A stretch of 59,661 nucleotides of DNA from positions 1 through 59,661 of IMG/VR virus record IMGVR_UViG_3300015264_000004; one strand, 5' to 3'. The position numbers were made by a program, and so were the translations under genes. This document shows, in pieces, positions 8,419 through 17,859 of this stretch (position 1 is the first letter of the stretch; every line of letters starts with the position of its first letter). The stretch is from a virus (taxonomy: Duplodnaviria > Caudoviricetes). A model generated the notes under the pieces. That model was not told the origin of the DNA. It worked only from the letters and a program-made list of their open reading frames with translations, and made no database searches.

Positions 8419-9414
8419 CTAAAACTCTGCGTATTCTTTAGCGTCACTGTTAGGGCTGGCTTGTGGCGCTTTGTTTTCGGGCTGTGGTGCTGCGGCTTCT
8501 GCGGTTGCCGGTGCCTCTTCGGTTTTGACTTCTTTATCCGCTGTCAAGGCGTCAAAGGCGTCATCCTCTTCAAGCAACGGCTGGAATTCGTTATGATATG
8601 ACAGGGCTGCGACTTTTTCTTCTTCGGTCAGGGGCCGGATAGCCTTGGCTTCAATCGCGCTATACGCGATGTTTTTGTTAGGGCCGCCCATTTCCCGACG
8701 CAGGGTAAACGATGTCATGACTTGATGATACTGGAAACGGTTTGACGTAAGGCGTTTGAAGTAATCCTTCATTCCGCGTATCGAGGTTGCGGGAGCGCGC
8801 AGAACGACAGGCAGGGTACCATTTTCCAGCATGACAATAAAGAATCGCATATCTCGACAGGCTTTACCGTCGCCCTCTTCGGCTGTGCCAAACTGGTTAT
8901 GCGGGCATGTCTCACAAACGATGCCGCCCTGGGCGTTACTAACGATGCGCTCTAACTTACCCTCTTCAATCAATTGCAGTTCTTTCCGATTGAAGTTTGA
9001 CAACGGATCACCGTGACCAAAGATCGTATCGTTACTGCGACACTTGGGCCGCTTGTCCCCGTCAACCTCTTGCCCGAATTTGTAAGGCCACCAGCCCTTA
9101 CCGTCATTCCATGCCAGAATGACCATGCGTAACTCTTTTGTAGTCGCCGCATCGTCATCAAATAGCGTCGGCAGATTCCATGATATTTGCTGGTTTGGAT
9201 TCTGCGGCGGCGTCGGCACGGTGATCCTGTCAAGGTCTGCCAGCTTGATACCTTTGACCCCGAAGTTAGCCTTGATTAAATCCTTGATTTGAGCCGCGTT
9301 CTCAGGTTTGAAAGCCTCGATTGCCACGTTTGACGGCTTGACCTCTAATGCTTCAGTCGGGACAGGCGCGGCCTCTGTCGAGGCTTTGCCTGCCTTGTTT
9401 TTACTTACTGACAT
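8419..9414 (-). CDS. putative ssDNA-binding / replication accessory protein (Zn-binding)
   Basis: C.S.D...CETCPHNQFG...GKAC motif, acidic tail ending in F, between primase and helicase. Start revised to the ATG after GAAAGGA. Confidence 0.6.
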   Translation of the reverse strand: MSVSKNKAGKASTEAAPVPTEALEVKPSNVAIEAFKPENAAQIKDLIKANFGVKGIKLADLDRITVPTPPQNPNQQISWNLPTLFDDDAATTKELRMVILAWNDGKGWWPYKFGQEVDGDKRPKCRSNDTIFGHGDPLSNFNRKELQLIEEGKLERIVSNAQGGIVCETCPHNQFGTAEEGDGKACRDMRFFIVMLENGTLPVVLRAPATSIRGMKDYFKRLTSNRFQYHQVMTSFTLRREMGGPNKNIAYSAIEAKAIRPLTEEEKVAALSYHNEFQPLLEEDDAFDALTADKEVKTEEAPATAEAAAPQPENKAPQASPNSDAKEYAEF

Positions 9415-9475
9415 AATGTTTTCCTTTCGAATGTGACTTTGTAGCGTCGTGACGTTGTAACAGTGAATCGTTGTA

Positions 9476-9778
9476 TTACGCAACTTGTGATACCGGCTGC
9501 GTGTCGGCTGGCTTCGCGTCATACCATGCGCGCCATTTGGTGTACAGAGTTGCCGTGTTAAGCCCCATCAATTTGGCAAAGACAACCATATATTTATCTT
9601 TCGGGAAGAAACTACCGCGCTCATAGTTCATGATCGTGGTTCGCGTGGTATCGGCATCGTCTGCCACGTCCTGCATTGGTTTCACCCCGTCAAACTTACT
9701 TCGCCATACGTACAGGGGATTCGCAGCAAGCCAATCGTCCTCTGTCGCATAATTTTTTAATTCAGTCTCTTTTGCCAT
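9476..9778 (-). CDS. XRE-family helix-turn-helix regulator
   Basis: MQDVADDADTTRTTIMNYERGSFFP helix-turn-helix, with its own promoter at 9834-9874. Confidence 0.75.
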   Translation of the reverse strand: MAKETELKNYATEDDWLAANPLYVWRSKFDGVKPMQDVADDADTTRTTIMNYERGSFFPKDKYMVVFAKLMGLNTATLYTKWRAWYDAKPADTQPVSQVA

Positions 9779-9869
9779 AATCTTTTTACCTCTTCAATTT
9801 GTCCTGTCCGGCCCCCGCATTGATACTATCGGTAAGGTATCACGCGAGTTTAGGGCTGTCAAGTTATTT

Positions 9870-11642
9870 TTACGTAAATTTTGGCAATGCGCGGGCCTTT
9901 GTCATGAGGCTACTAATCACGTCAAGACCCTTGCGCAGGGATTCGATTATATCAATGTTAATGGTTTTCGCAGCCGCGAGATAGATATTCAGTACGCTAT
10001 GCATTTGTCCGGGTCTGTCAAGGCGGCCTTGACTCTGAATGAAATTAATAAGGGAATGATCCGTATTATAATAGATAGCCACGTGTGCCACGTCCTGCAA
10101 ACCGTCAACGCCTGTCCCGCCTGCGGCAATCTGACAAGCTACCAGATTCGCCTTGCCGCTCTTAAACTTTTCCTGTTCGTCAATCTTGCCGCTAATTTCG
10201 CAATACTGGTAGCCCAATTCTTTAGCAATCCTCATAATAGCATCGCTATCAGGATCAAAGGCATAGTATATCAAAAGCGGCGCATGCGGTGGAATCCCGG
10301 CCGTCTCTGGTAGCTCCTGAATGATACTTTTTAGGAATTCAGCCCGGCTATCATCAATAAATTCTATGCGTTGTTTCTTTTTGATCCTGTCCGGGCCGGT
10401 TCCACAGACGGGGCAGCCGAAGAATAGCTTTTCCTTGTCGGAGTCCGTAAAGTTTGCTTTACAGTCTCGACAGCGGAAACCATCGTCAACACCGATGTAT
10501 CCGGCTGTGATTTGCTGACAGCGTAGTATCTTCGTTAGGATATTGTCAGCGCTAACCGTTACGTCATCCCTGAGCGCTGCGAAGGCGTCATTTTCCATAG
10601 CGTCATAGATGCGCTGCGCGGCCGGCGATAGATCGAAGAAGTATTTTTTGTGACGCATTGGCAGGAGTTTCAAAACAGATTTGTCAACTTCGAATATGTA
10701 AGGCGCTAACTTTGACATCATCAAATCAGGATGACGGTAGCCCAGGATTTGTTTGTTATTAAATCCGCCCATAATTAGGTACTCGTCGGAAAACTTCTTA
10801 AAGGACGTACCGAATACCCCCGGGTCAATAACTTTCATCTGTCCGAATATGTCAGCGCCTGGGCGGTTGCCCATAAACGTGGCCGTACCTGCGGTCACTT
10901 GCTGGCATACGTGTTCTGTAAAATCGGCTAGGTACTTTGATACAACGCTCCCGGAATCCTTAAACATGTGGGACTCGTCAAAGATAACCTGACCTATTGG
11001 CTGTTGCATAAGCCACGATGCGAGCGGATCACGCCATACCGATTGGTAGTTAGTCACCAATACGATTAGCTTACCCCCGCCGTGCATAGTCGCGGCCTTC
11101 GCCATTTGTAGGTTTCGTTCTGCATTGCCCGCGTTCAAGGCGACACACCAGACGGGTACCGTAGCAAATTCATCAAAGCCACGCGGAAAATTGACGATTG
11201 ATTTTTTCTTGGTAACGACCAATGTTAATTTAATTTGACGCTTGCAAATCAGGTCAACATAGATTTTGGTTTTGCCGGTCGCTGTCGGCATAAACAAAAC
11301 CGACGCCTGTTGAGGTAGGATAAAGCGCAAGCCTTCGCCTTGGTGATGCCACGGCGGGCAGTCAGCGCTACACCTGTGCCGCTTGATGTCCTGGGCTTGA
11401 TCCTGAGCGCGCATAAGAGCCAAGAGGCTTTGGAATCCTTTGTCACCCTGGGCCTTAATATTCTCTTGATGCACGAAAAAATAGAGGGTCCGGGCTGCGC
11501 CTGTAGTCTTTGCCATCGTCCATTTTTTTGGCCCTTTTTCCCATCTACAGGACGGTAATGTTTGCAGCTTGGCTTTAAGTGGGAACGTGTCACCACCTAG
11601 TATTAAACGCTTGGCACCTGTCGAGACTGTTAGGTTGTACAT
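9870..11642 (-). CDS. SNF2-like SF2 helicase with Zn-ribbon insert
   Basis: MPTATGKT, FDESH, TAT, QGRLDRPGQ, plus an inserted CRDC...CPVC. Confidence 0.88.
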   Translation of the reverse strand: MYNLTVSTGAKRLILGGDTFPLKAKLQTLPSCRWEKGPKKWTMAKTTGAARTLYFFVHQENIKAQGDKGFQSLLALMRAQDQAQDIKRHRCSADCPPWHHQGEGLRFILPQQASVLFMPTATGKTKIYVDLICKRQIKLTLVVTKKKSIVNFPRGFDEFATVPVWCVALNAGNAERNLQMAKAATMHGGGKLIVLVTNYQSVWRDPLASWLMQQPIGQVIFDESHMFKDSGSVVSKYLADFTEHVCQQVTAGTATFMGNRPGADIFGQMKVIDPGVFGTSFKKFSDEYLIMGGFNNKQILGYRHPDLMMSKLAPYIFEVDKSVLKLLPMRHKKYFFDLSPAAQRIYDAMENDAFAALRDDVTVSADNILTKILRCQQITAGYIGVDDGFRCRDCKANFTDSDKEKLFFGCPVCGTGPDRIKKKQRIEFIDDSRAEFLKSIIQELPETAGIPPHAPLLIYYAFDPDSDAIMRIAKELGYQYCEISGKIDEQEKFKSGKANLVACQIAAGGTGVDGLQDVAHVAIYYNTDHSLINFIQSQGRLDRPGQMHSVLNIYLAAAKTINIDIIESLRKGLDVISSLMTKARALPKFT

Positions 11643-11980
11643 TATTGTAGTTTCAGCCCTTCAGGAGTGAAACTCATAAGAGAGTGTACCTCGATATAGA
11701 CATGTCCAATATTACAATCGAATTCGATAACCATAGGGTTTGGTGTACCGCCCATACCTATAGGTTTCCTCTGGTGTATGAAGTTTTCGATATTCCAAAG
11801 GTCTACGGGCTTGCCGTCCTTAATTAATAGCCCCTTGCGTGTCTTTTGGTTGACGGCTATAGCGACTTGCCCGGAAAGATTTACCTGTGTCATATTTTCG
11901 GTTGCTACCTCTTCAATCGTCGGCTGATTCATGCCAATCATACCGTTAATGTCTAACCACTCTTGCCAATTTGCAATCAT
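11642..11980 (-). CDS. hypothetical protein
   Basis: Coupled at both ends (ATGA and TAATG overlaps). Confidence 0.6.
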   Translation of the reverse strand: MIANWQEWLDINGMIGMNQPTIEEVATENMTQVNLSGQVAIAVNQKTRKGLLIKDGKPVDLWNIENFIHQRKPIGMGGTPNPMVIEFDCNIGHVYIEVHSLMSFTPEGLKLQ

Positions 11981-12327
11981 AATAAATACCCTTCGCCGAA
12001 TGTAATAATAGCCTGACACTGTATCACGTCAGATTCGCCTATGTGTATCTCGCGTCTGAAGTGTGTCTTTAGTTCCTGATAGACTTGTTTGCGTGTTAGG
12101 ATTTCCCGTTGCCAGATAGGATCAATGGCGGCGTGTGCCTTAATGCGCCAATCGCGCAGTTCCTTATTTGCCATTGTGCCAAGGGGCCGCTGCGTGTTGC
12201 TATGGCATCCTACGTATGCGTCACAGGCTTTGCATAGCCAGCACATATAAGACTTGCCGAAGTTACGGCCGTATATTGCTTTATTCTCGCACCAGACCGC
12301 AGGAGCGCCACAGTAGGGACAATGCAT
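11977..12327 (-). CDS. zinc-finger protein (DUF3268-like)
   Basis: CPYCG...CKACDAYVGCH...PLGT.A...LR..R..AH..D..W. Confidence 0.85.
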   Translation of the reverse strand: MHCPYCGAPAVWCENKAIYGRNFGKSYMCWLCKACDAYVGCHSNTQRPLGTMANKELRDWRIKAHAAIDPIWQREILTRKQVYQELKTHFRREIHIGESDVIQCQAIITFGEGYLL

Positions 12328-12347
12328 GATCCGTTACCCCGTAAAAC

Positions 12348-12407
12348 CGAAAAGCCTGTCAGGGTAATCCTAACAGGCTTTCGATTGGGCGTCAAGTTAT
12401 CTTTACG
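12348..12407 (-). terminator. intrinsic terminator overlapped by a boxed promoter
   Basis: AAAGCCTGTTAGG-loop-CCTGACAGGCTTTT. TTGACG-17-TAGGAT has its -10 inside the stem. Confidence 0.65.
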
Positions 12408-12408
12408 A

Positions 12409-12753
12409 TTACTTCTTGTTCGCGGGGCCGCGTTTGCGTTTGGGCTTGCCAGCGTTGCGCAGGGCGCTTGCGGCGCGGGCTGCGGCGCTGATTTGACCGG
12501 CGAACGCCTGACGATTGGCGACGGTGACAATAAACTTGTCAATTACGGCGCGTTCGTCGGTAGGCAGTTCCATGATGACCTGAGCGGTCACGGTCTGGTT
12601 TCGCGTAGCATCAAGCAACTTTCCCGCGCTTCCGATTGCCGATGATACTTCGGGTGCAATCTCGACTGGCGGCTTTGCGGCTGGCTGTGCTGCGGCTGTT
12701 TCGGTCTGCGCTCCTGCGGTCGCGCCTTTTTGTACTGGTGTTTGGGTTGACAT
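12409..12753 (-). CDS. Ala-rich protein with basic tail (possible DNA-binding)
   Basis: RBS AAAGGA, tail KPKRKRGPANKK, own promoter (box 12838-12855). Confidence 0.65.
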   Translation of the reverse strand: MSTQTPVQKGATAGAQTETAAAQPAAKPPVEIAPEVSSAIGSAGKLLDATRNQTVTAQVIMELPTDERAVIDKFIVTVANRQAFAGQISAAARAASALRNAGKPKRKRGPANKK

Positions 12754-12850
12754 TAGATTCGATTCCTTTCAAATTTGAAAATAGGCAATTGCCATTCATT
12801 ACTGACAAGCGAAAGACTAACATGTACGCTGTGTACGTGTCAAGATATTT

Positions 12851-13063
12851 TCACGCTACAATTGAAACATTCCGATTTTTCTTTTCCAAGGCCTTTTTAC
12901 GGCTGAAAAAGTTATCCCAGGCAATGCGCGACATCTGACGATAGCTTTCCGCGCTGGCTAGATTGCCACATTTTGTACACATCCCGGCATTTTGATCCGC
13001 GTTTAGGGCCTGAGTGTACCAGCTTTGCAAATCCTTATCGTCAGCTAATCCGTGATGCGTCAT
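12851..13063 (-). CDS. hypothetical protein
   Basis: Operon-packed ORF with CTKC. Confidence 0.55.
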   Translation of the reverse strand: MTHHGLADDKDLQSWYTQALNADQNAGMCTKCGNLASAESYRQMSRIAWDNFFSRKKALEKKNRNVSIVA

Positions 13064-13065
13064 TG

Positions 13066-14028
13066 TTATTTATCCTCTTCAGAGCCTTCGCCGGCCTCTG
13101 TCTCTTCGTCAATCCAGCCTTGATCTATGGTGTACTGGTGTACGTCGCCAAAATTATTCGATATAGCCCGCAGCGTTGCCCGGTGTTCGTTCTCTGTATC
13201 GACATCCTCTTGCCATTGATCGTCATCCCTGAGTTTTTCAACTTCGGTTCGAACAAGATCATTTAGCACGTCAGGCGGTAATGCATCAAGCTCCCATGAT
13301 TCGTGGCCGTGCAAGGCTATGTACCCATTTTCGCCGTGTGCCCGGCTGTCCGTAAGCTTTGTCGGGTTTGGCGGCGGGTTGTACGCTTCGACCTGGGCCA
13401 TATTAAGGGCCATACGCTCTACCCTAACGTCGGCCATGAATACTTGCATGCGGTCTGTAATGTCGCGTGTCATATCCAGACCTGACGGGTCATGGTCACC
13501 AAAATGCAGGATCACAGGTTGTTGACCTGCCTTTAGGTATTGGCGCATACGGAGCGAAGCCCGCCACGCTTCAGACTGTGAGTTGTAACCTTTACATGCA
13601 AAGTAAGGAATAAACATTTCCTCACAGACGCGCGCAAAGACTCCCGCGAGCGCTTCTTTCTCTATCCAGACTTCAATACGTACCGGCTGTTTAGCCCACT
13701 TATCAATACGAAAAGCCTGGGCGGCCGTGTCGAGGATTGCAGATGGGTTTTTCCATGTGCTAATACTCTGTAGATTGCGTGTGCGGTCCACCAAATGATT
13801 CCAGTCAAGCAAACCGGCAAGCCGGGCCTTCGATACCAGCTTGCCAAGGTTGTCATAGCTTTCCTCTTTGTTAGGAATGATATTCTGTGTCACAAGCTGA
13901 TAATAAAGTTGCCGCAGTGTCATATCATAGCCTTGACCGTGATACCGCTTTAAGATCGTGTCACACTGCTTAATTAGCTCATGACTCGCGGCCCGAAATT
14001 TAATGTTTTGATATATTATCTTTGACAT
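13066..14028 (-). CDS. Toprim-fold protein related to Topo VI-A/Spo11 (wHTH + Toprim)
   Basis: TLRQLYY, WIEK, GY.S, GDHDPSG, WELDAL. Confidence 0.8.
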   Translation of the reverse strand: MSKIIYQNIKFRAASHELIKQCDTILKRYHGQGYDMTLRQLYYQLVTQNIIPNKEESYDNLGKLVSKARLAGLLDWNHLVDRTRNLQSISTWKNPSAILDTAAQAFRIDKWAKQPVRIEVWIEKEALAGVFARVCEEMFIPYFACKGYNSQSEAWRASLRMRQYLKAGQQPVILHFGDHDPSGLDMTRDITDRMQVFMADVRVERMALNMAQVEAYNPPPNPTKLTDSRAHGENGYIALHGHESWELDALPPDVLNDLVRTEVEKLRDDDQWQEDVDTENEHRATLRAISNNFGDVHQYTIDQGWIDEETEAGEGSEEDK

Positions 14029-14224
14029 TGCGTTTTCGTTTTTCCCCTTTCCAAAGTGTAGATGTCAACAATTTAGTGTTATCGGTCACGTCCCCTATCA
14101 TTTCCTTGGCTGACTCAAAGTAACCGTGTTTGACATCGGTCTTTGCGCATTGAAGTACATTAATCATCCTGTCAAGACGTGCAATAACAGCGTCAGGATG
14201 TATCCTCGTTTTTCTCTCTGCCAT
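14000..14224 (-). CDS. hypothetical protein
   Basis: RBS GAAAGG. Confidence 0.55.
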   Translation of the reverse strand: MAERKTRIHPDAVIARLDRMINVLQCAKTDVKHGYFESAKEMIGDVTDNTKLLTSTLWKGEKRKRNVKDNISKH

Positions 14225-14276
14225 ATCCGTTACCTTTCAGGCGGCCACGCCTTCGCAGCCGCCGTTCTGTGGAAAC

Positions 14277-15467
14277 CTAAACGTCAACGCCGCCGATGCG
14301 CTGACCCTTCGCGCCTTCGGACCTTGACAACTTCGCGTCAGGATGCGACGAATCCACAGACGCGCAAGCGGCGTTTTCGGGGTGTACATATAGCCCGTCA
14401 ATAGCGTTCGGGTAATGGTGTGATAAGCCCGGCTGGATTATGTGTAACATCATTCCGCAGCTAGAACAGACCGGAATACCGGCTTTCAATTCTACGCCTT
14501 CGGGCAGGTCAACATCAGGAGCGGGGCCGCCTATAGCCGCTATGAATTCAGGGCTATCTTCGCCGCGCTTACTCTCTTCAGTTTGTTCGGCGCTGCCATC
14601 GTCAGTATGTAAGCCGATAACGATGTCTTTCTTACGATTTTCGGTCAGGGCCCCCGGATGCGCGGCCATGACATTAGGCGGGCAGCCAAGTTTTAACTGC
14701 GCTGCGGTCTGCGCATCGTTCGCGCTCAAAATCTGCGTTGTTACATCGTCAACGTATTTCCCCGGTGCATCGTCAACGCGGGTTACTGGCAGGGATTCGG
14801 TTATTACTCTCTCTGCGTCTGATATGCCGGTTTCGAAGGCCTGAGCCATAACAGGCTTGCCATGTGCCCGTAGCCAATCCCCGATAACCATGCGGCCCTC
14901 TTGCGTATCTATAAACGCATGGATAAGGTCAGCGTTTATCTGGTAGCCGTCAGGTATTCCCGTTAGGGTTTTATCCGTGTTCGCTGTCTGGCTACCGTCT
15001 ACCGTCTTATCGGTCAGGTTTGATCCAAGTTTCGGCGCGGTAACCTCGATTGCAATTGACGTGTCAGCCTGTACAACCTTGGCAAGGGTTAAGGCGAATT
15101 GGAATTGCGCGTCACGGCGGCCAAGCAATGCAAATTCATAGTCAGATGTAAAAACCATAATCCGCGTTTGACTATCAATGATTGACGCCTGAAAATTGAA
15201 CCGTTCAATTTCCGCGTCAGCAATCGCTTTCAGCCCTGCGATGTATCGACCGTCATTGATACGCGCCATGCGCTTGGCCTCTGTCCGCTGTTTTTCGTTC
15301 TTGTACAGCCCATTGTCCGCGATTTCCCCGATTATGGTATCTTCGATACGCTTCAGGGCTTCGCGGGCTTCGTAAACTTTCTGCGCGGCTTTCCATTCGT
15401 TAAAAAGGGCTTTGCGCAGCAAGTCCCTTTCCTCAACAATTCTAACTTTAATATCTTGCGATGTCAT
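14277..15467 (-). CDS. hypothetical protein, N-terminal coiled coil and C-terminal Zn motif
   Basis: Start after GAAAGGA, downstream of the promoter at 15520-15559. Confidence 0.7.
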   Translation of the reverse strand: MTSQDIKVRIVEERDLLRKALFNEWKAAQKVYEAREALKRIEDTIIGEIADNGLYKNEKQRTEAKRMARINDGRYIAGLKAIADAEIERFNFQASIIDSQTRIMVFTSDYEFALLGRRDAQFQFALTLAKVVQADTSIAIEVTAPKLGSNLTDKTVDGSQTANTDKTLTGIPDGYQINADLIHAFIDTQEGRMVIGDWLRAHGKPVMAQAFETGISDAERVITESLPVTRVDDAPGKYVDDVTTQILSANDAQTAAQLKLGCPPNVMAAHPGALTENRKKDIVIGLHTDDGSAEQTEESKRGEDSPEFIAAIGGPAPDVDLPEGVELKAGIPVCSSCGMMLHIIQPGLSHHYPNAIDGLYVHPENAACASVDSSHPDAKLSRSEGAKGQRIGGVDV

Positions 15468-15519
15468 AGTGTTCCTTTCGGTCAAAATATTTTGACAGCC
15501 TGTAACGACTGACAGGGAC

Positions 15520-15559
15520 ATATTAACACACGTTTTCAGCGTGTCAAGAAAAAATTACA
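15520..15559 (-). promoter_or_regulatory. sigma70 promoter with 18-bp box (replication module)
   Basis: TTGACA-16 bp-TAATAT with an AT-rich upstream element. Confidence 0.75.
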
Positions 15560-15704
15560 AAAAATCATCACGGCTATTTATTAATTCTTTAATAGTTCGG
15601 ATCCGGGCAGACCCGGCCGGCCAGCCGAAATAAACACGTCAACATATCTGTACAATATGTCATCGTGCCTACTTTGGATTGGTGCCCCGTCAGGCGGGTA
15701 ATGT

Positions 15705-16448
15705 TTAGGTGGTAGCTTTGCGTGTAGGGACACTCAGGTAGAGGTCGTTAGCGATAAGGCTCAGGCTTTCCCGGATGTCGAGGCCGTCAACGTCAAAGCC
15801 TGCGTGTATCCAGCCGTCAACCTGTCGGGCTGTCTCAGTCGAGAATAACTCGACACGTGGGATGTCGCCAAGCATCCGAACGATGCGGCCACGTGTTTCG
15901 TCCGGCTTGTGACTGTGATGCGAGACGGGAGCGTAGATTATCTGTTTGACATCCTTGGCTTCGCGCATCGGCGCGCCGCATTTAGCAAGGATCACAATTT
16001 CAGCGTTACCATTAGCCCAATAGCCCAGGCCTGAGAACGTGCCGCTAATCATTAATTGATTGGTTGTCGGTACGCCGGTCAGGATTTGACCCTTGGTATA
16101 GCTGTCCGATGTCAATAGAGGCTGATTACCAATCATTAATTCGGACATCTGGTAATCCGTCAACTCGACAAGCCTACCAGTCGAATTCAACTTGACCCAA
16201 ACAAAAGGCACGGTCACAAAGCGCATATCCCAGGCGTCAATCAATTCCAGCGCTTCGGGCAGCTTTGGCAGCGTGGCCCAAATAAACATGGCGCAATCGC
16301 GGGATGTAATCTGTTCTACCAGTGGCCCTAAATCCTTTAGGTCTGAAAGCGACATTCGGCCATAGCCCGTGCCGCCACGGGCCGGGTCCCCGGATTGGTC
16401 GTTGTCATACTGCCAGGGCGGGTCAATGTATATAACCGGAAAGCGCAT
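15705..16448 (-). CDS. MT-A70 family adenine methyltransferase
   Basis: IYIDPPW, FVWVK, HSHKP, VELF. Confidence 0.9.
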   Translation of the reverse strand: MRFPVIYIDPPWQYDNDQSGDPARGGTGYGRMSLSDLKDLGPLVEQITSRDCAMFIWATLPKLPEALELIDAWDMRFVTVPFVWVKLNSTGRLVELTDYQMSELMIGNQPLLTSDSYTKGQILTGVPTTNQLMISGTFSGLGYWANGNAEIVILAKCGAPMREAKDVKQIIYAPVSHHSHKPDETRGRIVRMLGDIPRVELFSTETARQVDGWIHAGFDVDGLDIRESLSLIANDLYLSVPTRKATT

Positions 16449-16540
16449 AAGCTCCTAACGCGACAGCGGCGCAGTCTTAATAGCCCTGCGCCGCGCCGTT
16501 TTACATGGATAGGTAACGGACAGAAAGAGCCTAACACGGA

Positions 16541-17056
16541 TCAATCCCCATGTCCAGATTTTTCTACAAAATCTTTTGCCTTTAAGTGTTCGTCGGTATC
16601 ATCGTCAGTGTTAGCAATGATGAATTTCGTTAGCGGTACAAAGGTTATCTCAGGAACTTCAAGACCGCCTTTAATCATTTTCTCTTGTAGGCCAAGGATC
16701 AAATGATACAGCCGCATTAACTCGTTAACCATTAAATGGTTTGTCGTTCTAACTTCAAATACTTCGGCGCGCAGTCGATCACATTGCGCCTTATAGAAAG
16801 TTTCCTTTTCTTGTGACAGCCGCTTGAATTCTTCGCGTAACTGTTCTTTATCCTTCTGTTCTAGCTCTAACACCTTGTCAGCCGTAGCATGTTCTTTTTG
16901 CTGCGATTCGCGCTGGTTCTTTCGATTCTCATACCAGACATCTAACAGTTTAATTAGCAGAGCTACCGCACCGCCAATAATACCGCCTGTTACTGCGGGA
17001 TTATGGGCCACCGCTTCCGATGCTTCGCCGGCCAGCCAAGCCAGGGCAATAATCAT
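16541..17056 (-). CDS. membrane-anchored coiled-coil protein (lysis-cassette position)
   Basis: TM segment GGIIGGAVALLIKLL followed by a charged coiled coil. Start uncertain. Confidence 0.55.
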   Translation of the reverse strand: MIIALAWLAGEASEAVAHNPAVTGGIIGGAVALLIKLLDVWYENRKNQRESQQKEHATADKVLELEQKDKEQLREEFKRLSQEKETFYKAQCDRLRAEVFEVRTTNHLMVNELMRLYHLILGLQEKMIKGGLEVPEITFVPLTKFIIANTDDDTDEHLKAKDFVEKSGHGD

Positions 17057-17157
17057 AACAATTTTCGCACCCTCAACATGTTGTAAGACGAACGCTGGTA
17101 CTACTCTATAATGCACGATATAACCTATTCTATCTTGCACATACCAGAGTAATACTG

Positions 17158-17571
17158 TTAGCTCCCATTTGATAACCGAATACACAGGAATCCCCGAAAA
17201 GCGCTGACGGCCAGCACAAAATAAACCGGCACACCCGGCGAGCGCCATTCACTAATCAGAGCCGTATATAACAAGAAAACCCATAAACCACCTTGAATTA
17301 ATAGAGTCCATTTCCTGAGTCTTGCTGTTCCATGTTCTATGATAGCGATATGAGCGATACCAATTGACATGAATACTATTCCCCATGTGTTCTGTCGGGC
17401 CACTGACAGTAATACCATGTAGATATGCGGGCAGCTATGAAACATATCAAAAAATAAAATCCATAATCCTAGCCCTGTCATTATTAGCGCGTTTTGTGTT
17501 TCCACGCCTTGCGTACCGTGCATGTATGCACAGACAAATCTATCTAGGAATTTATAAATTTTATTCGCCAT
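17158..17571 (-). CDS. multi-pass membrane protein (holin-like)
   Basis: About four hydrophobic segments, located after the tail genes. Confidence 0.55.
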   Translation of the reverse strand: MANKIYKFLDRFVCAYMHGTQGVETQNALIMTGLGLWILFFDMFHSCPHIYMVLLSVARQNTWGIVFMSIGIAHIAIIEHGTARLRKWTLLIQGGLWVFLLYTALISEWRSPGVPVYFVLAVSAFRGFLCIRLSNGS

Positions 17572-17638
17572 TTGAACGCTATTCGACTGAAACGGTTTCC
17601 ACAGAGGCGCGAGCGCGCTGCCTCTGTGGAAAGATTAC

Positions 17639-17857
17639 CTACTTACCAGCGTCGGTTTTTGCTTTCGCATCAAGCCGGGCTAATTCTGCATGATCGAAGT
17701 CATGGCCCTCTTTTGATAGCCTGTCGGCATCAAGCCATGCTTGCTCTGGTGATACGCCGTGGCGCATTTTCCAGTCAATGTACACCTTTTGCGCAGCGAC
17801 GATGCCATTGATTAATAGCTGTTCATCCTCTGAAATTGTTTGCGCGTTGAATGTCAT
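17639..17857 (-). CDS. hypothetical protein
   Basis: Packed directly behind the lipoprotein gene. Confidence 0.6.
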   Translation of the reverse strand: MTFNAQTISEDEQLLINGIVAAQKVYIDWKMRHGVSPEQAWLDADRLSKEGHDFDHAELARLDAKAKTDAGK

Positions 17858-17859
17858 AG

